DNA of 24,121 nt, taken from the IMG/VR virus record IMGVR_UViG_3300049136_000018, positions 1-24,121 of that record; one strand, written 5' to 3'. This document shows, in pieces, positions 16,645-24,121 of this stretch. The stretch's first letter is position 1. Every line of letters starts with the position of its first letter. The position numbers and the translations under genes were made by a program. Source of the DNA: a virus. Taxonomy: Duplodnaviria; Caudoviricetes. The notes under the pieces are model-generated. The model was not told the DNA's origin. It was given only the letters and a program-made list of their open reading frames with translations, and did not search any database.

Positions 16645-17613
16645 ATGCCGCTCATCATCATCGCCCCTCCGGTCCCGCCACCCCCGCCGAGGGTGTGGCC
16701 GAAGGTGGCGACCCCGCCGGGGAAAAGGGTGGTGTGGGTGTCGCCGGACGGGGACGAGTTCCCCCTCAGCGACGGCGACCCCTACGTCTCCGTCACCGGC
16801 CGGTCCGGGTTCGGGCGGGTCGTGCCGGAGCTGGTCACGTCGACCACCGCCCCGGGCGCGGCCCGGCTGGACGACTACAGGGACAGCCCGCGGCTGATGC
16901 GGGTTCCGCTGGTGGTGGCGGACCGGACCCCGGAGGAGTACCTGGCTGCGTACCGGGCTCTGGTGGCGTCCACCCGGCACCGCCGGGCTGGCGAGATCGC
17001 CATGGGGCGGATCAGGGTGGAGTTGCCGGATGGGTCGTGGAGGCACATTCGGGCCGTGTACCACGGCGGCCTGGACCCGTCCGAGGACGAGTTGGATGAC
17101 CTGATGTGGGCTCGCCAGGAACACGCCAGCCTGGAGTTCTGGGCGCCGGAGCCGCACTTCGAAGGGCCGGAGATCAGCCTGGCGTGGCGGTTGGCTCTGG
17201 ACCCGGTGCCGTTCTACCCGCTCTACCCGCTCCGCGTCGCCTCCAGCCAGGTGGGCGGGTCCGCCACGATCACCTCCCCCGGGGACGCCGCCAGCTATCC
17301 GATCTGGGAGATCACCGGGCCTGGCACCCCCGTGGTCAGCAACGTGGACACGGGCCAGAGCTGGGCGTTCGGTGAGGAGATCCCCGCAGGGACCACGGTC
17401 ACGGTGGACTGCCGACCACCGTCCGTAGCTCCGGACACCGGCCTCACCGCCGTGGACGGCAGCGGCGTGGACTGGTGGCCCAGCTTCGTTGGCTTCCCGA
17501 CCCTGTGGGAGATCCCGCCGGGGGAGACCCGTCTGGCGGCTCAGATGATCGGCGCGACCCCGGACACCCGGCTCAGGCTCAGGTTCGCGCCCCGGTACCT
17601 GGCGGGGTGGTGA
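16645..17613 (+). CDS. Distal tail protein (Dit-like)
   Basis: Follows TMP; FWAPEPHF, GDAASYPIWEITGPG, LWEIPPGET; alternative GTG start at 16639. Confidence 0.8.
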   Translation: MPLIIIAPPVPPPPPRVWPKVATPPGKRVVWVSPDGDEFPLSDGDPYVSVTGRSGFGRVVPELVTSTTAPGAARLDDYRDSPRLMRVPLVVADRTPEEYLAAYRALVASTRHRRAGEIAMGRIRVELPDGSWRHIRAVYHGGLDPSEDELDDLMWARQEHASLEFWAPEPHFEGPEISLAWRLALDPVPFYPLYPLRVASSQVGGSATITSPGDAASYPIWEITGPGTPVVSNVDTGQSWAFGEEIPAGTTVTVDCRPPSVAPDTGLTAVDGSGVDWWPSFVGFPTLWEIPPGETRLAAQMIGATPDTRLRLRFAPRYLAGW

Positions 17614-17617
17614 GCAC

Positions 17618-18766
17618 GTGACCCGGCACCTGGAGATCTACTCCCGCGACCCCGACCTGACCCGGCGGGGGCCGCTCCCGTGGGAGACCGCGTCCATCAC
17701 CCTGTCCCACCTCGGCGTGCCCTCGTGGTCGCTGACCATGGACGCCTCCGCACGGGAGAAGGTAACCCCCGGGTGGGGCATCATCGCCGCTCTGGACCAG
17801 GAGGTCATCCTCACCGGCAGCGTGGAGGACCCCGAGCGGGAACGCACATCCGCGTCGTCGCTGGGCACGGTGTCCGTGTCCGGGGCCGGGGATCTGGCCA
17901 TCGTCGCCGCGATGCTGGCGTGGCCAACCCCGGGCGCCGACCTCGGCCTCCAGGCCCGCGAGGACGTGCGCACCGGGGCGAGTGAGAGCGTCATCAAGGC
18001 GTTCGTGGGCGCGAACATCGGTACCGGCCGGGCCAGCACCCGCCGGGACCCGGCCGCCCCGGCCGCCCGCGAGGTGACCGTCGCCCCCGACCTCGGCCGC
18101 GGCGACGACGTGGAGTTCGCGGCCCGGTTCACGCCGCTCATGGAGGTGATCCGGGGCGCCCACGGCGGGCTCGGCGTCACCTGCCAGCAGGTCGGCGGGG
18201 TCGGCCCGATCGTGTTCGACACCTACGAGCCGGTGCACCGGCCGGGCGCGGTGTTCAGCTTCGAGCTGGGCAACCTGGCCTCGGCCCGGTGGAGGGATGC
18301 CGCACCCGAGGCGACGCACGCGATCGTCGGCGGGGAGGGCAACGGCGGAGACCGGGTGCTGCACATACGCTCGGACTCGGCCGCCGCCCAGGCGTGGCGG
18401 ATGTCCGTCGAGACGTTCGTGGACGAGCGGTCCGCCACCTCGGAGCGGGCGCTGTCCGCCGCCGGGGACCAGGCGCTCGCCGAGGCCCGCCGCACCGGCA
18501 TCATCACCGCCGACCTGATCGACACCCCGAGCAGGCGTTTCGGCCAGCACTACGCCCTCGGCGACTACGTGACCATCACCCCGGAGCCCGGCACCGCGTA
18601 CACCGACCAGGTCACCTCCGTGACCATCGACGCCGACCGCCGCGCCGGGACCCTCACCATCACCCCCGCCGTCGGGTGGACGTCCGGCGGCCTGTACACC
18701 ACCCGGCAGGACCGGGAGATCACCCAGCTACGACGCGCTGTGAGCGCGCTGGAGAGGAGCGTGTGA
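17618..18766 (+). CDS. Minor tail/baseplate hub protein (ReqiPepy6 Gp37-like)
   Basis: Follows Dit; FSFELGNL, AIVGGEGNGGDR, ETFVDER, FGQHYALGDYVT. Confidence 0.85.
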   Translation: MTRHLEIYSRDPDLTRRGPLPWETASITLSHLGVPSWSLTMDASAREKVTPGWGIIAALDQEVILTGSVEDPERERTSASSLGTVSVSGAGDLAIVAAMLAWPTPGADLGLQAREDVRTGASESVIKAFVGANIGTGRASTRRDPAAPAAREVTVAPDLGRGDDVEFAARFTPLMEVIRGAHGGLGVTCQQVGGVGPIVFDTYEPVHRPGAVFSFELGNLASARWRDAAPEATHAIVGGEGNGGDRVLHIRSDSAAAQAWRMSVETFVDERSATSERALSAAGDQALAEARRTGIITADLIDTPSRRFGQHYALGDYVTITPEPGTAYTDQVTSVTIDADRRAGTLTITPAVGWTSGGLYTTRQDREITQLRRAVSALERSV

Positions 18767-19716
18767 TGCGTTCGTGGCCTCACGACCTGGAGCCGGACGG
18801 CGTCACCCCGCAGCAGACCTACGAGAGCGACTTCCGCTTCTCGCTGGCCGCCGCCACCCAGGACGGGGTAGACCGCACCTTCGGGTCCGCGCTGTCCGCC
18901 ACGGTGTCCGGCGACACCATCGTGCTCGGTGTCGGCCGCGGCGTCGCGTCGGGGTATGGGTTCGCGGTGGACGCCCCTGAGCCCGTCCCGATCCCGCCGA
19001 ACAGCAGCGCGCTGCCCCGCGCGTACCGGCTGGTGGCCCGCCTCGACGTAGCCGCCCACCAGGTGTCCCCGCACGTCCTGGTCGGCACCGCCGGGTCCAG
19101 CCCGCAGCTGCCCGCGATCACGCAGACGGACGCCATCTACGACGTGCCGTTGTGGTCGTGCCGCCGGTCCGGGGGCGGGGGAGGAATCAGCCAGCTCACC
19201 GACGAGAGGGTGTACCTCAACCCCGCCGGGGCGCTCGCGTGCACCAGCACCAGCCGCCCGATCAACCCCGCGCCGGGCACGATGATCTACGAGACCGACA
19301 CGGGCAGGCTGGTCTACTACCACGGCGGCCAATGGGCCATCGCCGCCGACAGCGACTACCCGGGCACGTGGCAAGCGCTACCACTGCGCACGTCCCGCTA
19401 CCAGGGCCACAGCAACGGTTTCTCCCCCAGCTGGCGGTGGGTGCGTCCCGGGCGGGTGGAGCTTCGCGGTGCCATCACCCGGGTCACCGACAGCCCGATG
19501 ATCAACGGCGACTACTTCGCGGTGCTGCCCTCGGCCGCGCGTCCAGGAGCGTTCGTGCGGTTCCCCGTCGCTTCGGAGCGCCGAGAGGACGGCGCCACAT
19601 CCCGGGTGGAGATCCGCTCCACCAACGCTGGCCCTGAGCAGGGCCAGATGACCTTCTGGTCGAACTACGCCCCGACCTGGGCCGCGCTCGACGGCATCGA
19701 ATTCGACATCAACTAG
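18766..19716 (+). CDS. Minor tail protein, 316 aa
   Basis: TGATG overlap; RLVARLD, PQLPAITQT..YDVPL, LTDER, PGTMIYETDTG, C-terminal GRVELRG beta domain. Confidence 0.8.
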   Translation: MRSWPHDLEPDGVTPQQTYESDFRFSLAAATQDGVDRTFGSALSATVSGDTIVLGVGRGVASGYGFAVDAPEPVPIPPNSSALPRAYRLVARLDVAAHQVSPHVLVGTAGSSPQLPAITQTDAIYDVPLWSCRRSGGGGGISQLTDERVYLNPAGALACTSTSRPINPAPGTMIYETDTGRLVYYHGGQWAIAADSDYPGTWQALPLRTSRYQGHSNGFSPSWRWVRPGRVELRGAITRVTDSPMINGDYFAVLPSAARPGAFVRFPVASERREDGATSRVEIRSTNAGPEQGQMTFWSNYAPTWAALDGIEFDIN

Positions 19717-19728
19717 GAGGGGGTGAAC

Positions 19729-20466
19729 ATGGCGCGTCACTGGTACGGCGACCAAGTCGCCGACGTGGTCGTCACGACCGGCGACCAGGTCGGGGTGGAG
19801 ACCATCCTCGGCTACCAGGCGGTGCTCGCCCCGGGTGTCACCCTGTGGGCCTACGACTACGTGACCGGGGAGCGGATCACGGACCTGATGGACGCCACCG
19901 GCACCACGGTGTCCTCCATCACCAGCGACAGCACCGGCCGCATCCCCCGCTTCAGGGGCCCGGACGGCGTGGAGAGGATGCTCCTCGGCCAGGACCCGGC
20001 AGGGCTTCCCCCGGACACGGACGTGCCCCGGTGGACCGTGCTGACCACGTCGTACCCGGACATCATCGCCGGTCTCCGCGACCGGATCGCGGCCCTCGAA
20101 GCGGACAGCGGCGGCGAGTACACCTCCAGCGCGCACCCGCTGGTGTGGACGGCGCCGGGTGCGGTGGAGACCCACGTCAGCCAGCACCCCGTCCAGAACT
20201 TGGACGGGAGGGAGCAGACCGTCACGGCGATCCGAGCGGCGGCGACGCTGGCGACCACCTCCACCCTGACCGTCGTCGTCTACACCGTCGACCTGGACAC
20301 CGGCGTGCAGACCGCTGCCGAGACCATCACGCTCACCACTGCCACCCCGGCCGTGGTCGTGGACGCCCCGACCTGGACGGTGCCGGACCGGGCCGGGGTC
20401 ACCGTCGGCGTCACCGTCGGCACCGGGTCGGCCGCGGACCTCACCGTGCAGGTGATGGTGAAGTGA
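19729..20466 (+). CDS. Minor tail/fibre adaptor protein, 245 aa
   Basis: AGGAGG RBS; MARHWYG..ITDL..SDSTGRIPRFRGPDGV; short coiled coil then Thr/Val-rich beta region. Confidence 0.75.
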   Translation: MARHWYGDQVADVVVTTGDQVGVETILGYQAVLAPGVTLWAYDYVTGERITDLMDATGTTVSSITSDSTGRIPRFRGPDGVERMLLGQDPAGLPPDTDVPRWTVLTTSYPDIIAGLRDRIAALEADSGGEYTSSAHPLVWTAPGAVETHVSQHPVQNLDGREQTVTAIRAAATLATTSTLTVVVYTVDLDTGVQTAAETITLTTATPAVVVDAPTWTVPDRAGVTVGVTVGTGSAADLTVQVMVK

Positions 20467-22001
20467 CCACTCTTCTGGACCGGTTCTCCCGCACCGAGGC
20501 GTCCGGGTGGGGAGCCGTCGACGGCGGAGGCCCGGCGTGGTCGCTGTCCGGCGGCCTGGTCGCCGAGCGGTCCGTTACCCCCGGCGTAGGCCGGGTGACC
20601 CTGGCCTCCGCACCGGGCACCATCCGCGCCCAGTACCTGGACCGCCCGTGGACGACCAGCGAGGTCACCGCCCAGTTCAGCCCGGGGCAGGTGTCCGTAG
20701 GGGACGCCCTCATCGTCGGGGTGTGCCTACGCCGCACCGACGCCACCACCTTCTACCGGGCCCGGGTCATTCTCACCGTCGACGGCACCGTGACCATGGA
20801 CATCACCCGAGGCGTGACCATGGTCGGCCCACGGGTCACCACCGGCATCACGTACACCCCGGGCGCCCGCCTGTGGGTGCGCGCCCGCGCGGACGGCCAC
20901 CGGGTGCGCGCTCGCGTGTGGCCGCACGGCACTGTCGAGCCGACCAGCTGGCACGCCGACCAGACCATCGCGGCCGACACGATCGCGGCCGGTGGAGTGG
21001 GCGTCATGCTCTCCGGCTTCGGGAACAACACCAACGTCTCGCCCTACGTGGACTTCCACCGGGCGGAGGTCGCCTACCGGATGCTCGCCGAGAACCGCCT
21101 CGACGGAGACTCCGGAACCCAGGTGTCGAACACGTCCCTCGCGGCCTCGGCCCAGACCGGGACCGTCACCATCCTCGGCGCCGGCGCCCGCGCGGTCTAC
21201 GACGACACCCAAGAGGTGCTGGGGTTCCCTGCGGTCCGGTTGGCGTCCGGGTACCACCGGGGGGACACCCCCCGGCTGCGGGTGTCCCTGCCGTCCGCGC
21301 CGTGGTCGGTGCGCTGGTACGTGTGGCACCCGTCCATCCCCGCGGGGACCGGCGAACGCAGGTGGCTCGCGTCGATCGGTGGGACGGGGTTGTCGTCCTA
21401 CGAGAACGCCAGCGCCCAGGTCGGCGCGCGCCTCCAGCCCGCAGACCTGGCCGCCGCCGAGGTGGTGCCGACGTTCAGCGGCACCCCGCCGGGTCCGGAG
21501 CAGTGGCTCCGCGTGGAAGTGCAGTGCGACGGCACGAACACCACCGCGCGGTTCTACCTCGGCCACTCCGTGACGGACCCGCGCCAGATGACCTTCACTG
21601 GGCAGGCGCTCAGTGGGGGCCTGGACATCACTGGGTACCGATTCCGGCGGCGCACCACCCTGTACTGGGGCGACCAGGGCGCCGAGGTGGCAGCGCTCCA
21701 GTCCGAGCTCATCGACCTCGGATACTCGCTCGGCGACGCGGGCGCGGACGGCGACTTCGGCAACCTCACCCTGGCGGCCGTGCAGGACTTCCAGACCTTG
21801 CGGGGCCTGTCCCCGGTCGACGGCATCCCCGGGCCGGAGACCAGGGCCGCGATGGACCTGGCGCTCGGCCGTATCCCGCCGGACCTGTGGGTGTCCCACC
21901 TGGCGGTGGGCAACGGCCAGTGGATTGGACCCGCAGCCACGCCTCTTCCTGACGACATCGACACCCCGAGGAGGCTCCGAGCGGGCTTCCTGCCCATCTA
22001 G
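20463..22001 (+). CDS. Putative receptor-binding tail protein, 512 aa, beta-rich domains plus a PG_binding_1-like domain
   Basis: GTGA overlap; DRFSRT..GWG; RARVWP.G..EP..W; LYWGDQGAEVAALQSELIDLGY..ADGDFG..T..AVQDFQ..GL..DGIPGPET. Confidence 0.8.
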   Translation: MTTLLDRFSRTEASGWGAVDGGGPAWSLSGGLVAERSVTPGVGRVTLASAPGTIRAQYLDRPWTTSEVTAQFSPGQVSVGDALIVGVCLRRTDATTFYRARVILTVDGTVTMDITRGVTMVGPRVTTGITYTPGARLWVRARADGHRVRARVWPHGTVEPTSWHADQTIAADTIAAGGVGVMLSGFGNNTNVSPYVDFHRAEVAYRMLAENRLDGDSGTQVSNTSLAASAQTGTVTILGAGARAVYDDTQEVLGFPAVRLASGYHRGDTPRLRVSLPSAPWSVRWYVWHPSIPAGTGERRWLASIGGTGLSSYENASAQVGARLQPADLAAAEVVPTFSGTPPGPEQWLRVEVQCDGTNTTARFYLGHSVTDPRQMTFTGQALSGGLDITGYRFRRRTTLYWGDQGAEVAALQSELIDLGYSLGDAGADGDFGNLTLAAVQDFQTLRGLSPVDGIPGPETRAAMDLALGRIPPDLWVSHLAVGNGQWIGPAATPLPDDIDTPRRLRAGFLPI

Positions 22002-22041
22002 GAGCACCCTTGACCACACCCACGCAGTACGAGGCCGCCCC

Positions 22042-22416
22042 ATGAGCCCCGCCGAGGAAGGAGGCACCACGCTGGCCGACGTGCGCCGCGTCCTGGAGGT
22101 CGGGCTGACCGCCGCGAACGGCCGCCTCGACGTGATCCTGTCCCGCCTGGAACAGCAGGACAAGCGGGCCGACCAGCACGAGGGCCAGATCGCCGGACTC
22201 GACACCCGGCTCGACGCCGTCGAGCGCACGGCCACGACCCGCGATGAGACCGACACGATCAAGATGAAGCTCGGCACCCTGGAGACCGCCGCGGTGACCC
22301 GCGCGGACATGGACGCCCGCAGCCGGAAGACGATCAGCATCGTCGCCGTCGTCGTCACGATCATCGTCGCCCTGGTCGGCACGCTCACCACTGTGGTCAT
22401 CACGCTGGTCACTTGA
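22042..22416 (+). CDS. Coiled-coil protein with C-terminal TM helix, 124 aa (lysis-cassette membrane protein)
   Basis: GAGG RBS; heptad-like LDVILSRLEQQ..LDTRLDAVE; hydrophobic C-terminus; upstream of the endolysin. Confidence 0.78.
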   Translation: MSPAEEGGTTLADVRRVLEVGLTAANGRLDVILSRLEQQDKRADQHEGQIAGLDTRLDAVERTATTRDETDTIKMKLGTLETAAVTRADMDARSRKTISIVAVVVTIIVALVGTLTTVVITLVT

Positions 22417-22429
22417 CCATCCCACCCCC

Positions 22430-22456
22430 GGGCCCGGCCTTCCGCCGGGCCCTTCG
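22430..22456 (+). terminator. Hairpin before the endolysin gene
   Basis: GGGCCCGGC-cttcc-GCCGGGCCC then TTCGTC. Confidence 0.55.
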
Positions 22457-22474
22457 TCATGCCCAGGAGGGCAC

Positions 22475-23353
22475 ATGGCACGACCACCCCTGTACATCAC
22501 CCGCTCAGACCTCGACTGGTCCTCGACGTCCCCGGCCGAGGGCGCCAATCCCCGCTCGGGTCTGGTTATCCACTACGACAGCGTCGACCAGGGGCTGGCC
22601 AGCAAGCCGCTGTCCGCGTCCCTGGACTACTGGCGGCGCACCCGTGCGTTCCACACCGGCCCGTCCCGCGGCTGGGACGACATCGGCTACTCGTTCCTCG
22701 CGACCGCCCAGGGCCACATCGTGGAGGGCCGGGGGCTGCACAAGGCCCAGGCCGCCCAGCCCGGGGGGAACACCTCGCACTACTCGGTGACGCTGGCCAC
22801 CGGCCCCAACGACACCATCACGCCGGAGCAGATCAACGCGGTGCGCGCCCTCAGGCAGTGGTTGATGCAGGACCACCACGTCGCGGGGGCGGTCCTCGGA
22901 CACCGCGACTTCATCTCCACCTCGTGCCCGGGGGAGAAGGCCTACGCCCTTGTCCGCTCCGGCACGTTCGAACAGGCACCCGGACCCATCACGGAGGTAT
23001 CAGATATGCTCGGACTCGGACTCGACAGCAAGGGCGAAGCGGTCAAGCTGCTCCAGGTCACCCTCAAGAACGCGGGCTTCGCTGACGCCGTCGGCGACAT
23101 CGACGGCCACTACGGTCCGCAGACGGCGGAAGCGGTGCGTCTGGCCCGGAAGAGCGTCGGGTCCAAGGCGCTGCCCGGCTACGGCGACAAGATGACCGCC
23201 GACGCGGTGGAGCAGGTGAACCGGGCGTTCGCCCGCTACCAGGCCCAGATCATGATCGACCGGGCCCCGGCCAGCGGGGGCGGCGGCACCGTCGACCCGG
23301 GCGCCCTGGTCGGCGCGACCCTGACCACCAAGGTCACGAAGGTGGTGAGCTGA
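22475..23353 (+). CDS. Endolysin: Amidase_2/PGRP-like N-acetylmuramoyl-L-alanine amidase plus peptidoglycan-binding domain
   Basis: LVIHY, RGWDDIGYSF, EGRG, GHRDF.STSCPG (Zn ligands H,H,C); C-terminal KGEAVKLLQ..IDGHYGPQTAEAV; AGGAGG RBS. Confidence 0.93.
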   Translation: MARPPLYITRSDLDWSSTSPAEGANPRSGLVIHYDSVDQGLASKPLSASLDYWRRTRAFHTGPSRGWDDIGYSFLATAQGHIVEGRGLHKAQAAQPGGNTSHYSVTLATGPNDTITPEQINAVRALRQWLMQDHHVAGAVLGHRDFISTSCPGEKAYALVRSGTFEQAPGPITEVSDMLGLGLDSKGEAVKLLQVTLKNAGFADAVGDIDGHYGPQTAEAVRLARKSVGSKALPGYGDKMTADAVEQVNRAFARYQAQIMIDRAPASGGGGTVDPGALVGATLTTKVTKVVS

Positions 23354-23598
23354 TGACGCACGCCGCCCCGACCCCGACCCCGGGCAGCGCCGCCGAGACT
23401 CGCCAGGACGCGCGCTCGCGCGGGTGGCGCACCGCTCTCCAGGGACTCGCTTCCACCGTCCTCGTGGCGGTCGCCGCGCTCACCCTCGACGTCGTCACCC
23501 CGGGTGAGGCGATCGAGTGGGCGGCCTACGGGATGGCCGCCGGGACCGCCGCGCTCACCGCCGTGGCTGCCTGGGTGCAGCGCCGCCTCGGCCGGTAG
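23353..23598 (+). CDS. Holin-like two-TM protein, 81 aa
   Basis: TGATG overlap with the endolysin; RGWRTALQG, two hydrophobic helices, basic C-terminus. Confidence 0.8.
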   Translation: MTHAAPTPTPGSAAETRQDARSRGWRTALQGLASTVLVAVAALTLDVVTPGEAIEWAAYGMAAGTAALTAVAAWVQRRLGR

Positions 23599-23614
23599 GT
23601 CCCCGCACTCACCG

Positions 23615-23655
23615 CGCCCCGCTCCTCCCACCCGGGAGGGGCGGGGCGTCTTCGT
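23615..23655 (+). terminator. Terminator at the end of the late operon
   Basis: CGCCCCGCTCCTCCC-accc-GGGAGGGGCGGGGCG, 15-bp stem with one G-U pair, then TCTTCGT. Confidence 0.7.
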
Positions 23656-23712
23656 CGTGTCCGGATGCGGTCACTCGGCCCGCCCAGGCTGCCCGGGTGG
23701 GAGCATGCCCCC

Positions 23713-23970
23713 ATGACGGATGGAGCACGGTGGCCGCACGGCGAGACGGTCACCCTGTACGGCGGCCCGATGGACGGCGAGCAGATGGTCTACGACGCGG
23801 GGGACCTGGACGCAGACCCGGCCGAGTGGGGCGGCTACTACATGGTGCCGCCGGAGAAAGCTGCGGTCGCCCCGGATCTGCCGGAGGGCACGGAGCTGCG
23901 GGCGGCCTACGAACCGGAGCTCGGGGAGGACCCGACGCGGTGGGTGTTCAGCGGGTGGGTGCCCTGGTGA
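23713..23970 (+). CDS. Small acidic hypothetical protein, 85 aa, GGPxDG motif, probably leaderless
   Basis: TLYGGPMDG..AAYEP..WVFSGWVPW; GC3 bias; GAGCAT hexamer 6 nt before the ATG. Confidence 0.7.
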   Translation: MTDGARWPHGETVTLYGGPMDGEQMVYDAGDLDADPAEWGGYYMVPPEKAAVAPDLPEGTELRAAYEPELGEDPTRWVFSGWVPW

Positions 23971-23978
23971 CGTCAGGA

Positions 23979-24010
23979 AGCCCCGCCCCACCGTGAGGTG
24001 AGACGGGGCT
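23979..24010 (-). terminator. Hairpin folding best on the minus strand
   Basis: Minus strand AGCCCCGTCTCACC-tcac-GGTGGGGCGGGGCT then TCCT; two C/A mismatches on + become G-U pairs on -. Confidence 0.55.
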
Positions 24011-24121
24011 CCTGCGGGGCGGTTCCCTGTTCCGCACCCGCGTGGCCGCTCCCTAGGACCCCCCGGTCTGGGAGCGGCCGTCTGGTGGGCCGCCCTCCCC
24101 CTGCGGGGGCGGCCCGGATGG

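Larger units (their letters stand above)
1..24121 (+). mobile_element. Actinobacterial siphovirus/prophage segment: late regulatory region plus complete head-tail-lysis operon (element ends not visible)
   Basis: Canonical order HNH-TerS-TerL-portal-protease-capsid-neck-tail tube-chaperone-TMP-Dit-minor tails-endolysin-holin; many ATGA/GTGA/TGATG overlaps. Confidence 0.97.

Noticed and set aside
16645-16720. Pro-rich N-terminus of Dit
   Set aside because: Probably a linker or arm; no further signal
1-24121. CRISPR array, tRNA, DGR/reverse transcriptase, intein, or contractile/eCIS/GTA interpretation
   Set aside because: No spaced repeats, cloverleaf, RT or intein motifs seen; no sheath gene; content fits an ordinary siphovirus

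Overview
High-GC actinobacterial siphovirus or prophage segment, almost all on the + strand. It covers the end of the early/regulatory region, then a complete late operon: HNH, terminase small and large subunits, portal, HK97 protease and capsid, neck genes, tail tube, frameshifted tail chaperone, a tape measure protein with an NlpC/P60 domain, Dit, minor tail/receptor-binding proteins and an amidase-holin lysis cassette. No integrase, att site, RNA gene or CRISPR array is visible. The host is probably a non-mycolata actinomycete (inference: GC content, gene families, no lysin B in the lysis cassette). The most unusual features are: (i) a candidate late-gene switch, made of a Cys-rich protein, a DUF6221-like protein and a MerR-like HTH whose 3' end contains a 19-bp-spacer promoter followed immediately by a terminator; (ii) an antisense, very acidic lipoprotein moron before the packaging genes; (iii) a tail-tip protein with a peptidoglycan-binding domain apparently inserted into a beta-rich domain; (iv) an in-frame internal start in the endolysin; (v) a -1 frameshift ORF that the ORF track misses. 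Family names come from motif recognition and synteny, not database searches.
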